The notes below the pieces were generated by a model. The model searched no databases. It was given only the letters and a program-made list of their open reading frames with translations, and was not told the origin of the DNA. A stretch of DNA of 64,000 nucleotides, from the NCBI GenBank assembly GCA_963422375.2, contig OY729428.2:1792001-1856000 (forward strand), written 5' to 3'. How positions within the stretch are numbered: the stretch's first letter is position 1; the number at the start of each line of letters is the position of its first letter. The translations under genes and the position numbers were made by a program. The stretch is from Bryobacterales bacterium (lineage in GTDB: Bacteria; Acidobacteriota; Terriglobia; Bryobacterales; UBA6623). Shown piece by piece: positions 52,617 to 62,119 of the stretch.

Positions 52617-55600
52617 ATGCGGAACCGTCTGGCCCTGTCACTGCTGCTCGCTGCAGGCGTTTCGTTCCCTCAGACCAAGCTGCTCAGGTTCCCCGATATC
52701 CAAGGCGACAGAGTCGCTTTCGCGTACGCCGGCGACCTTTGGACCGTGCCGGCGCTGGGCGGCCGCGCGGTTCGCCTGACGGCTCATTCAGGACTGGAAC
52801 TGTTCCCGAAGTTCTCGCCGGACGGAGCGTGGATCGCGTTCACCGGTCAGTACGACGGGGACGAGCAAGTCTACGTCATCCCGTCCGTTGGCGGCGAGCC
52901 CCGGCAGCTGACGTTCTATCCCGCAAGAGGGCCGCTCGCGCCACGCTGGGGCTACGACCACCAAGTGTACGGCTGGACGCCCGACGGCACCGCCGTCCTG
53001 TTCCGCTCGTCCCGCGCCTACTGGGGAGCGAAGGACGGCAGGCTCTACACCGTGCCGCTCGAAGGCGGTCTCCCGACGCCTCTCGAGATGCCTGTTGCGG
53101 GTGCCGGAGCGATTTCCCCGGACGGCAGCTTCGTGGCATACTCGCCCCTGTTCCGGGACTTCCGTACTTGGAAGCGGTACCAAGGCGGGTGGGCGCAGGA
53201 TCTCTACCTGTTCGATCGCGGCAACTCTACCACGCAGCGCATCACCGACCACGTCAGGACGGACCGCGACCCGATGTGGGTCGGCGGGGAGGTGCATTTC
53301 GCCTCGGACCGGGACGGAATCCTCAATCTCTACCGTTACGACCAAGAGTCGAATCAGCCCAGGCAGCTGACCCACGAGAAGACCTGGGACGTGCGGTGGC
53401 CTTCGACAGACTCCGACCATCGCATCGTGTACGAGCTGAACGGGGAGCTCAGCATACTCGACACCAGGACTGGCCGGTCGCGGGCGCTCCGTATCGAAGT
53501 GCCCAGCGACGGCGGGTCGCGGCGCCCGCGGAGAGTCTCGGCGGCGTCGAGCGTCGAGAGCTACGGCCTCAGCCCAAAGGGCCGTCGAGCGGTATTCAGC
53601 GCACGAGGCGACGTATTCACGGTGCCCGCGGAGAAGGGCCCGACCCGGAACCTGACGCGATCGTCGGACTCGCATGACCGCCTCCCGAGCTGGTCCCCCG
53701 ACGGCCGGTGGATTGCATTCGTCTCGGACAAGTCCGGCGAGGAGCAGCTGTACCGAGTCGAGCAGCGAGGAGGCAAGCCCGAGCAGCTCACCGAAGGGGT
53801 GCGCGGTCGTCTCTACAGGCTCGAGTGGTCGCCGGATTCGAAGAGGATTGCGTTCTCGGACAAGGAAGGCAAGGTCTACGTTCTCGATGTCGAGAGCAGG
53901 GACGTCACCGAGATCGCAGACGAGCCTCGCGGGAGAATTACCGACTACAGGTGGTCACCGCAAGGCGGATATCTGGCGTTCACCGTCAGCGTGTCCGCCG
54001 TGAGGAACTCGATCTTTATCTGGGACGCGTCCGACGGGCAGCTGCACCAAGTGGGCGGCGATTTCTTCGACGAGCACACGCCGGCTTGGGGCAGGAACGG
54101 GGACTATCTCTACTATCTCAGCGACCGCGAGTTTTCGCCGCTGATCTCTTCGACGGAATGGAACTTCGCGACAGACAGGCAGACCGGGGTCTTCGCGCTC
54201 GCGCTGCGACGGGACGTTTCCCATCCCTTCCCGCCCGAGAGCGACGAGGCCGAAGTGAAGGCAGGGGAGCCGTCCGACGGCGACGACGATGCCGACGAGG
54301 ACGGCCACGGCGACAGCGAAGACTCGGATGGGGAAGACGGCGAGCACGCGGACAAGCAGGAGTCCTCCATGGAGCCTGTTCGGATCGACTTCGACGGCTT
54401 GGCCGGCCGCGTGGCACCGGTTCCCGTCCCGGCAGACAACTATCCCATCTCGGGATTGCGGGCCCTTGACGGCTCGCTGCTCCTCGTGCGCGACGAGCCG
54501 TTCTACTACGGGCGCGACTCGGGCGGCGAAGCCGAGATCAAGATCTTCGACCTGAAGGAGCGCGAATTCAAGACCGTGACGCAGGGGCGGCGCTTCGCCT
54601 TGTCTCGCGACGGCAAGAAGCTCTTGGTGCGGCAGAAGGGCTCGTACAAGCTGTACGATGCCAAGGCCGCTGCCAAGGATCCCAAGACGGTCTCGACGGC
54701 CGGGCTGCAGGTCGACCTTGTTCCAGCGCAGGAATGGAAAACGATCTTCGAGGAAGTTTGGAGGCGCTACCGCGACTTCTTCTACGTCCGAAACATGCAC
54801 GGCTATGACTGGGAGGCGATCCGGGAGCGGTACCGCCCGTGGCTCGAGCATGTCCGGCACCGCTCCGACCTCAACTACGTCATCGGAGAAATGATCGCTG
54901 AACTCAACGTCGGCCACGCCTACATCTCGGGCGGCGACTACACCGCTCCTCCCAGGCCCAACGTCGCTCTGATGGGCGCCGATCTCGAACTCGACGCCGC
55001 CAGCGGCCGCTACCGCATCGCGAGGATCCTGGATGGCCAGAACGAGGAAAGCGAGTACCGGTCCCCCCTGACGGAAATCGGCGTGGATGCGCGAGCCGGG
55101 GACTATGTGCTGGCGATCGACGGGGAGGACTTGGCAGCCGGAGACAACCCATACAGGATGTTGCGGCACAAGTCGTCGCGGCCCGTCGAGCTGCTCCTGA
55201 ACGGCAGCCCGGAGCCCGACGGAGCGCGCACCGTCGAGTACAGCCCGGTCACCGACGAGTCGAATCTCCGCTATCTCGGGTGGGTCGAGGGAAATCGGCG
55301 GGCTGTTAGCGAGGCGACAGACGGCAGGGTGGGGTACCTCCATGTCCCCGACATGAGTTCTCGTGGCATCAGCGAGTTCATCAAGTGGTACTACCCGCAG
55401 CTGCGCAAGGAGGGCCTGGTGGTGGATGTCCGCGGGAACGGCGGCGGAAACGTGTCGCAAATGCTGATCGAGCGGCTAAGCCGCCAGCTGCTCGGCACGC
55501 GCTACTCGCGGACCAACGGGGATTTCCGCACCTACCCGAACGAAGTCTTCCTCGGGCATCTAGTCTGCTTGGTGAGCGAGAACTCCGCTTCCGACGGGGA

Positions 55601-55931
55601 CATCTTCGCCGCTCGCTTCAAGCGGGCCGGTCTCGGTCCGCTGATCGGCAAGCGGTCGTGGGGAGGCGTGATTGGCATCACGTCGCACGGACCGCTGATG
55701 GACGGAGGAGACGTGCGAGTGCCCGAATTCGCGACGAACGATGTGGACGGGGCGTGGATCATCGAGGGCTACGGTGTCGAGCCCGATATCGTGATCGAGA
55801 ACGACGCTGCGGCGGTACTGGCCGGACGCGACCCACAACTCGAGCGGGCTGTCGCGGAGGTCCTGCGCATGATTCGCGAGGATCCCAAGCCGCGGCCGTC
55901 GCGTCCGGCGGATCCGGTTCGGACGCAGTAG
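52617..55931 (+). CDS. Tricorn protease homolog (S41 peptidase with PD40 propellers and PDZ)
   Basis: LLRFPDI, repeats FSPDG/WSPDG, ELNVGHAY, GYLHVPDM, DVRGNGGG, SASDGD and EGYGVEPD. Confidence 0.93.
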   Translation: MRNRLALSLLLAAGVSFPQTKLLRFPDIQGDRVAFAYAGDLWTVPALGGRAVRLTAHSGLELFPKFSPDGAWIAFTGQYDGDEQVYVIPSVGGEPRQLTFYPARGPLAPRWGYDHQVYGWTPDGTAVLFRSSRAYWGAKDGRLYTVPLEGGLPTPLEMPVAGAGAISPDGSFVAYSPLFRDFRTWKRYQGGWAQDLYLFDRGNSTTQRITDHVRTDRDPMWVGGEVHFASDRDGILNLYRYDQESNQPRQLTHEKTWDVRWPSTDSDHRIVYELNGELSILDTRTGRSRALRIEVPSDGGSRRPRRVSAASSVESYGLSPKGRRAVFSARGDVFTVPAEKGPTRNLTRSSDSHDRLPSWSPDGRWIAFVSDKSGEEQLYRVEQRGGKPEQLTEGVRGRLYRLEWSPDSKRIAFSDKEGKVYVLDVESRDVTEIADEPRGRITDYRWSPQGGYLAFTVSVSAVRNSIFIWDASDGQLHQVGGDFFDEHTPAWGRNGDYLYYLSDREFSPLISSTEWNFATDRQTGVFALALRRDVSHPFPPESDEAEVKAGEPSDGDDDADEDGHGDSEDSDGEDGEHADKQESSMEPVRIDFDGLAGRVAPVPVPADNYPISGLRALDGSLLLVRDEPFYYGRDSGGEAEIKIFDLKEREFKTVTQGRRFALSRDGKKLLVRQKGSYKLYDAKAAAKDPKTVSTAGLQVDLVPAQEWKTIFEEVWRRYRDFFYVRNMHGYDWEAIRERYRPWLEHVRHRSDLNYVIGEMIAELNVGHAYISGGDYTAPPRPNVALMGADLELDAASGRYRIARILDGQNEESEYRSPLTEIGVDARAGDYVLAIDGEDLAAGDNPYRMLRHKSSRPVELLLNGSPEPDGARTVEYSPVTDESNLRYLGWVEGNRRAVSEATDGRVGYLHVPDMSSRGISEFIKWYYPQLRKEGLVVDVRGNGGGNVSQMLIERLSRQLLGTRYSRTNGDFRTYPNEVFLGHLVCLVSENSASDGDIFAARFKRAGLGPLIGKRSWGGVIGITSHGPLMDGGDVRVPEFATNDVDGAWIIEGYGVEPDIVIENDAAAVLAGRDPQLERAVAEVLRMIREDPKPRPSRPADPVRTQ

Positions 55932-56524
55932 GGCTTCAATGGGATTGACGATAGCTGCCCGGCGGGATGGCGGCGGGGCCGGGAGCGGCACGGGCCGCTT
56001 CGGATAGGGATGGCAGTGATAGGACTTCTGCAACCGCCTCCGACAACGTCGTCATGGTCGGCGACAGATCGCGATGTCGCGCGCCCTGCCCGGCTGGGGC
56101 TGTTGCGGCGATTCGGTACGGTCACTCGGGCGGCAAGGCTCCCGTCGGCGCGAGCGACCGCCATCAGGGATGCCCCGCCCGGGGGCGTAGCCGGTGCCTG
56201 GGCTCCCGGCCCGTGAGGTCGAGGCTCCAATGCGAGCCGACGACTGATCGGCGATAGCAAGTCCTTGCCTAGGCGGTACGCGCGCTCACGTTGCTCGAGT
56301 GCAATGGGGAATCCTCGCATATCGCTAAGAATCAAGATCATTCGCCGTTCATGGCTGCATCTCTCGCTCAGGCTTCGGCCGAAGAGATAGCAGCGGCACT
56401 TCGGCTAGACTTGCCCGAACGCAGTTTTCTCCCGCTTGATGTAGTCCAGATTGAAGACGATTCTAGCCCTGACATCGGCAGGAGGGTTGACACCGTTAAT
56501 CGCACAAGTCTGTCTAGGAACCCT

Positions 56525-57037
56525 CTAGTACACAGGCGTTCCGTAGGGGACGGGTGTTTCGACACGCCGGATATCGCCAACCCGGGCAATCTTCCAGTCG
56601 CCCGCCTGCCTTCGGAGATAGACCTCTTGGACTTCGTTCCGGTCGGCGTAGACGTACTCGACGCGGACCTCCGCTTCGTGGCCCGTTTGCTTCGGAGCGT
56701 TCATGGCGATGCCCTTGATGTCGCGATTGCGCTGCTTCAGGAACTCTGAGAAGCGCTCCGCGCCCATCTCCTCCAGGCTCTGTCGCAGCGTCCGCTCCAT
56801 CTGGCCCATGTAGCAGGCGAGATAGTCGTCGACGACGCCGTCTCGAGCCGCGTCGAGCATGGCGTAGATTACGTCCCGGGGCTCTGCCTTCCGGGATGAT
56901 CCCAAGCCCAAGAACCCGCCATCGTTGTCGGAGCCGCGCCGCAGGGCATCGAATCCGCCCTGGTTCCAAGCGATCAGCGCGAGTGCCGCCGCGATGAGCC
57001 CGATCGTGACGGACTGGGCCTTGGCGTCCTTGCTCAT
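56525..57037 (-). CDS. Membrane-anchored hypothetical protein, last gene of the ATPase-SPFH operon
   Basis: ATGA overlap with the hflK-like stop; one N-terminal TM segment; C-terminal ..AGDWKI.. pattern suggestive of an NTF2-like fold. Confidence 0.7.
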   Translation of the reverse strand: MSKDAKAQSVTIGLIAAALALIAWNQGGFDALRRGSDNDGGFLGLGSSRKAEPRDVIYAMLDAARDGVVDDYLACYMGQMERTLRQSLEEMGAERFSEFLKQRNRDIKGIAMNAPKQTGHEAEVRVEYVYADRNEVQEVYLRRQAGDWKIARVGDIRRVETPVPYGTPVY

Positions 57038-58026
57038 GGAACGGCTGACCGGCCTGAGGCTCCCCGGCGGATCAGCGTGAGGTCGAGGTTGCCGCTCTCG
57101 TCCACGATCGTCTTGCGCAGGCGCGGCAGGACTTCCTCCATTGTCTCGAGGAAAAGGCGGCTTCGGGTGACCTCCGGGTTCCGCCGGTACTCGGAGGCGA
57201 GCCGCTCGAATCGCGCCGACTCGCCCTGCGCCTGCTGGATCTTGCTGACGCGATAGCCCTGCGAGGAAGAGAGCATCTGCTGGGCCTCGCCCCGGGCGCG
57301 CGGCAGGATGTCATTCGCGTAGCCTTCCGCCTCGTTGACAATGCGGGCGGAGTCTGCCCGAGCCGACGCTACGTCGCGAAACGCGTCCGCTGCTTCCGCG
57401 GGCGGCGTGACGGAGCGGATATTCACGGTTGACAGCGCGACCCCAAGGCCAAGGCGATCGACAAGCTCCTGAGCCCTGCGCCGGACCTCTTCCTGAATCG
57501 CGATCTTCTCGGTCGTCAGGACGTCATCGACCGAGCGCGTGGCGACTTGCCGTCCTAGAGCCGCCTCGACTGCATTCGCTACGGCTCGCTCCACGTCTCT
57601 GGAGCGGAACAGGTACTGCGCGGGATTGGCCACGCTGTACTGAGCGACAGCCCGCACGTTCAGGATGTTCTGGTCGCCCGTGAGGAACTGCGAGAGGACG
57701 GGATCCGCTGGAATGGCGTTTGCCTCGTCCGCGACCTCGCCTCCGATGAATGCTCGCTTGAGCTCGCGCACCTTGAGCTTGTAGACCCGCCCCACCGGCC
57801 ACGGGAAGTGCCATCCCACGCCAGGCGTGACCTCGTTGTCCGCCAGAGCTCCGAAAGTCGTGAGCACCGCCTGCTCCTCGGTCGGGACGACGTAGATGCC
57901 GGTCGCCAGCCAGATTGCGGCAAGGCCGGCTGCGACTTGGCGGCGCTTGCCGTCGCGAGCCCGGTTGGCCGCGGGCGCGCGGGCCGGCCTCTCCGAGGCT
58001 TGCTCCGGATGCGCGACATCGTGCAT
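57034..58026 (-). CDS. hflK: HflK-like SPFH protein
   Basis: TM segment then GIYVVPTEEQAVLTTFG, PGVGWHFPWP, FLTGDQN, AFRDVASAR, NEAEGYANDILPRARG and RLFLETMEEVL. Confidence 0.88.
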   Translation of the reverse strand: MHDVAHPEQASERPARAPAANRARDGKRRQVAAGLAAIWLATGIYVVPTEEQAVLTTFGALADNEVTPGVGWHFPWPVGRVYKLKVRELKRAFIGGEVADEANAIPADPVLSQFLTGDQNILNVRAVAQYSVANPAQYLFRSRDVERAVANAVEAALGRQVATRSVDDVLTTEKIAIQEEVRRRAQELVDRLGLGVALSTVNIRSVTPPAEAADAFRDVASARADSARIVNEAEGYANDILPRARGEAQQMLSSSQGYRVSKIQQAQGESARFERLASEYRRNPEVTRSRLFLETMEEVLPRLRKTIVDESGNLDLTLIRRGASGRSAVP

Positions 58027-58034
58027 GTTCTTGG

Positions 58035-59039
58035 TTACTGCCCCCGCGTCATGAGTCGCAGGAGTTCCGAATCCGCGCTGAGGATAACGGTCGTGTCCTC
58101 GTCCAAGGCCTTGCGGTAGGCCTCCAGCGTGCGCGTCAGTTTGTAGAAGGACTGATTCTTGGAATAGGCCGCTCCGTAGATCCGGGCCGCTTCGGCGTCT
58201 CCCTCGCCCTTTGTCGTCTCGGCCTCCTTGTACGCCTTGGCGAGAATCTCCTCGCGCCTGCGGTCCGCCTCAGCGCGAATGCGTAGCGCTTGCTCCTCTC
58301 CCTCGGCGCGGTACTGGCGCGCGATGCGCTCTCGCTCCGCCCGCATCCGGGCGTAGACGCTCTGCTTGTTCTGTTCCGGCAGGTTGAGCCGCTTCAGCCG
58401 CACGTCCACTACGCGAATGCCGTAGTCCTCCAAGGCTTCCGTGCCGCTCTCCTCGGCGAGCTTGTCGAGCACCTTCTCGGTCTTCGCGATCTCGGGGGAG
58501 ATCGACACGATCTCCTCTAGGTCCAGCCGTGCGATTGTCGCCGCCAAGCGCGACCAGACCAGGTCGTGAAGCCTCATCTCCGCCGCCCGCTCGTTGACCA
58601 CTGTCTTCACGAACGTCTCGGGGTCGGCGATCTGCCATAGCGCGTAGCTGTCGATGCTCAGGTTCTTCTTGTCCTTGGTCAGGAATTCCGAGCGGGGCGG
58701 GTTGTAGACCCGCAGCCGACGGTCGTAGAACCGGACTTGCTGGAGCCACGGGACCTTGACTCTCAGCCCCGCCTCGGTGACGGTGCGAATCGGCTTGCCG
58801 AACCGCGTCACGAAAGCGAACTCGCTCTCGCGCACGGTGAACAGTGTTGACCATGCCAGCAAGAGGCCGAGGAGCCCTAGGAGCCAGGTTCGGTGACGGT
58901 GCAGCGCTGCCCGCCAGTCGAAAGGCTGGCCGGGCGGGGGGGCGTGGCCGTGAGGACGGTGTCCCTCGTGGGCTTCGGAGGGATGGTCGCGTCCATGCGA
59001 ATGTGCGCGGCGACCGTGAGTGTGTTTGTGGTCGTGCAT
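58035..59039 (-). CDS. hflC: HflC-like SPFH protein with His-rich N-terminus
   Basis: VTRFGKP, FLTKDKKNLSIDSY, GIRVVDVRLKRLNLP, YARMRAERERIA and FYKLTRTLEAY. Confidence 0.9.
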   Translation of the reverse strand: MHDHKHTHGRRAHSHGRDHPSEAHEGHRPHGHAPPPGQPFDWRAALHRHRTWLLGLLGLLLAWSTLFTVRESEFAFVTRFGKPIRTVTEAGLRVKVPWLQQVRFYDRRLRVYNPPRSEFLTKDKKNLSIDSYALWQIADPETFVKTVVNERAAEMRLHDLVWSRLAATIARLDLEEIVSISPEIAKTEKVLDKLAEESGTEALEDYGIRVVDVRLKRLNLPEQNKQSVYARMRAERERIARQYRAEGEEQALRIRAEADRRREEILAKAYKEAETTKGEGDAEAARIYGAAYSKNQSFYKLTRTLEAYRKALDEDTTVILSADSELLRLMTRGQ

Positions 59040-59042
59040 GGC

Positions 59043-62000
59043 TTACTCGCCGACCTCGGGTATCTCGAACGGGGGCGGGGGCTGCTGCATCTGGCTCCCT
59101 TGCGGGGCCACCAGGACGCCGTCGTCGACCGTCCAGAGCGTGCGGCGCCCGCCCTGCGAGTCGATCACAAGCTTCTTCCGACCCGGCAGGATCTCCTCCA
59201 TGGTTTCTAGGTAGAGCCGCGTGGAGGTCGATTGCGGGGCGGCGCGGTACGCCGTCTCCAACTGGTTGAACCGCGCCGCGTCGCCGCCCGCCCGGTCGGA
59301 CCGGCTCGCCTTGTAGCCGCGAGCCGTCTGCACCAATGCCGCGCCCTGCCCCCGGGCCAGAGCGACCCGCTCGTTCGAGTAGGCCTCCGCTTCGTTGATC
59401 ATTCGATTCTTCTCCTCGAGCGCGCCGGCGACTTCCCGGAACGCGTCGACGACCTCGACCGATGGATGCATGTCCTGAATGTTGACGTGCAGGACGTTGA
59501 CTCCGCTGTGGTAGTCGGCTAGGAGCTGGTTCAGCTCGTCGGCCGCGCGCCGTTCCGCCCCGCGTCGCCCCGCGGTCAGCAGGGTGTCGAGGGAGACGGA
59601 ATTGACTACCGACCGCAGCGCCGCTTCGGAGGCAGCCCGGATTACCGTCTCCGGATCGACTTGCTGGAACAGGTAGTCATCCGGGCGCTCTATGTCGTAA
59701 TGCACCACCGCGGTCATCTCGATCATGTTCTGGTCGCCCGTCAGCATCAGGGTCTCCTCGTCCCTGAGCTGGATGCGTCCGTCCCGGTGCTGCAGGTTCC
59801 ATTCGTACGATGGAGGCTCGGTGAAGGTGCTGGTCGGCGACGTGCGGAATCCGATCTCGATAACGCGCACCTGTTTCGCTCTGACCTTCGTCACGCGGTC
59901 GACCGGCCACGGAGCCTTGAGGTGCAGGCCCGGCTCGCGATGCGGAAGCACCTTGCGTCCGAATCGCTCGATCACGCCCACTTCCTCGGTGCGCACAGTG
60001 AACGCGGAAGTTGACGCCCACGCCACGAGCAAAGCTGCCCCGGCGGGCTTGGCGAGCCTCCGGCGATTCTCGACGAGCCAGGCAAAGCCGCCGGCTGGAT
60101 CGATGCGGCTCAGGAAACCGACGACGGATTCCCACACGCGCCCGATACCCACAGCGCCCCAGAAGCGCTTCCAGCGGGTCACTTGCCCGGCGGGCCGCTC
60201 GATCCGCAGCAAGCGCACCGAGTTGAGCATCACGAAGATCGACGAGATCTGATGCACCCCCGCGGCGAGGGCGGGGCCCATCCAGCCCTTGCCCGCCACG
60301 TAGACGGCGACCACGTTCACGACGCCTGCGAACAGGATGATGTTCTGCCAGACGGTTGTCACCGCCTGGCGGGACACGCCAAAAAGCCTAGGCAGCTTGC
60401 CGATCTGCGTGTTCAGGTCGACCACATCGGCGGCCTCGGCCGCGATGTCCGCTCCGGACCCAGAAATCGCGACGCCCACGTCGGCTGCGGCCAGGGCTGG
60501 CGCGTCGTTCACCCCGTCCCCGATCATGGCGACCTTGCGGCCCTGGACCTGCAGTTGCTTGATGCGGTCGAGCTTCTGCTCGGGCAGCAGCTCGGCCTCG
60601 ACGTGGGTGATGCCGACGACCCGAGCCATCGCGTCCGCTGCCTTGCGCCGGTCCCCGGTCAGCAGGATGACGTTCGGGATGCCGAGATCCTCGATTTCGT
60701 GGATCGCACCGTGCGCGCCCGCCTTGGGGGTGTCGCGAAGGAGGATGGCTCCGGCAAACTGTTGGCCGTGCGCGACGAGCACCGGCGTTGCGCCCGCCCG
60801 GTCCGCCGCATCCAAGTAGTCCTTCAGGTTCTCGATGCCGTTCTCGGCAAGGAACGCCTCGTTGCCCGCGCGAATGACGCGACCTTCGTGGATGCATTGG
60901 GCGCCGCGCCCGGGGACGATCTTGGCGTCCTGCGACACCCCGGGGGGGATACCGCGCTCGTCGGCGCTGCGGACGATCACCTTGGCCAGCGGATGATCGG
61001 AGCCCGCTTCCGCCGTGGCGCCGAGAGACAGGACCCGCTCCGCGCTGTGGCCCTCTGCGGCCAGGACCTCGACAATCTCGAACTCGCCAGTAGTCAGCGT
61101 CCCGGTCTTGTCGAACACCACCGTGTCGATTTCGGCGGCCTTTTGCACCACCTGGCCGCCGCGAGCCAGAAGGCCCCGGCGGGCAAGGCCGCCGATGGCC
61201 GCGACCATGGCGGCCGGTGTGGCTAGGATCAGGGCGCACGGGCACGCCACGATCAGCACCGCGACGGCCCGGCGGACGCGCTCGGACGTCTCCACGTCGC
61301 TCGCTAGGAAGTAGACGGCCCCGGCAGTCAGCAGGATCGCGGGCAGGAAGTAGCGCGCGTAGCGATCGGCTACACGAACCACGGGGGCGGTGCGGTGGTC
61401 GCGAGCCTCCTCAACTAGATGGATGAGCCGCGCCAATGTCGAGTCGTCGCCTGCGTGCGTGACGCGGACGTGCAAGAGACCATGGCCATTGACGGTGCCG
61501 GAAAAGACCTCGTCACCGGCGGTCTTGTCGCGCGGGACCGATTCGCCCGTGATCGGGCTCTCGTCGATAGACGACTCGCCTCGCTCGACCACGCCGTCAG
61601 CGGCGATCCGCTCCCCGGCGCGCACGGCGATGAGGTCCCCCGGAACCAGATCCTCGACGTGTACCTCGACTTCCGTGCCGTCCCGCAGGACGCGCGCATG
61701 GTGCGGGAGCTGCTCGACGAACCGGTGGATCGCACGTTCCGTGCGCCCGGCTGCCCAAGCTTCTAGGCCCTCGCCTAGCAGCATGATGAACATCGCTTCG
61801 GCCGCGGCTAGGTACTCGCCGATGGCGAGAGCCGCTCCGGCGGCGATGACGATGGCGAGATCGGCCGAGATCCTCCGCTCGAGCAGCTCGGAAATGGCGC
61901 GGTAAAAGGTCTTGTAGCCTGCTAGAACGGCTAGGAAGATCGCCGTGTCGAAGCCGGCGACGGAATCGAAAATCCCTAATACGTTGAGGAGCAGGAGGGC

Positions 62001-62084
62001 GCCGACGACGGCAGTGAACCCTACGTACTTGATCTGCTCCCGCCGGTCGCGATTGATCGCGTGGTCTTCGGAGACAACATGCAC
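59043..62084 (-). CDS. P1B-type heavy-metal-translocating ATPase fused to a C-terminal HflK-like SPFH domain; start uncertain (GTG 62084 proposed)
   Basis: TGES, IVACPCAL, DKTGT, HP, TGD and GDGVND, continuing in frame into a TM segment, EVGVIERFG, PGLHLKAPWP, MLTGDQN, NEAEAYSN and RLYLETMEEIL. Confidence 0.9.
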   Translation of the reverse strand: MHVVSEDHAINRDRREQIKYVGFTAVVGALLLLNVLGIFDSVAGFDTAIFLAVLAGYKTFYRAISELLERRISADLAIVIAAGAALAIGEYLAAAEAMFIMLLGEGLEAWAAGRTERAIHRFVEQLPHHARVLRDGTEVEVHVEDLVPGDLIAVRAGERIAADGVVERGESSIDESPITGESVPRDKTAGDEVFSGTVNGHGLLHVRVTHAGDDSTLARLIHLVEEARDHRTAPVVRVADRYARYFLPAILLTAGAVYFLASDVETSERVRRAVAVLIVACPCALILATPAAMVAAIGGLARRGLLARGGQVVQKAAEIDTVVFDKTGTLTTGEFEIVEVLAAEGHSAERVLSLGATAEAGSDHPLAKVIVRSADERGIPPGVSQDAKIVPGRGAQCIHEGRVIRAGNEAFLAENGIENLKDYLDAADRAGATPVLVAHGQQFAGAILLRDTPKAGAHGAIHEIEDLGIPNVILLTGDRRKAADAMARVVGITHVEAELLPEQKLDRIKQLQVQGRKVAMIGDGVNDAPALAAADVGVAISGSGADIAAEAADVVDLNTQIGKLPRLFGVSRQAVTTVWQNIILFAGVVNVVAVYVAGKGWMGPALAAGVHQISSIFVMLNSVRLLRIERPAGQVTRWKRFWGAVGIGRVWESVVGFLSRIDPAGGFAWLVENRRRLAKPAGAALLVAWASTSAFTVRTEEVGVIERFGRKVLPHREPGLHLKAPWPVDRVTKVRAKQVRVIEIGFRTSPTSTFTEPPSYEWNLQHRDGRIQLRDEETLMLTGDQNMIEMTAVVHYDIERPDDYLFQQVDPETVIRAASEAALRSVVNSVSLDTLLTAGRRGAERRAADELNQLLADYHSGVNVLHVNIQDMHPSVEVVDAFREVAGALEEKNRMINEAEAYSNERVALARGQGAALVQTARGYKASRSDRAGGDAARFNQLETAYRAAPQSTSTRLYLETMEEILPGRKKLVIDSQGGRRTLWTVDDGVLVAPQGSQMQQPPPPFEIPEVGE

Positions 62085-62119
62085 AAGTAGACAAAGATAC
62101 CAAACGCCCGCCGGGCGTT

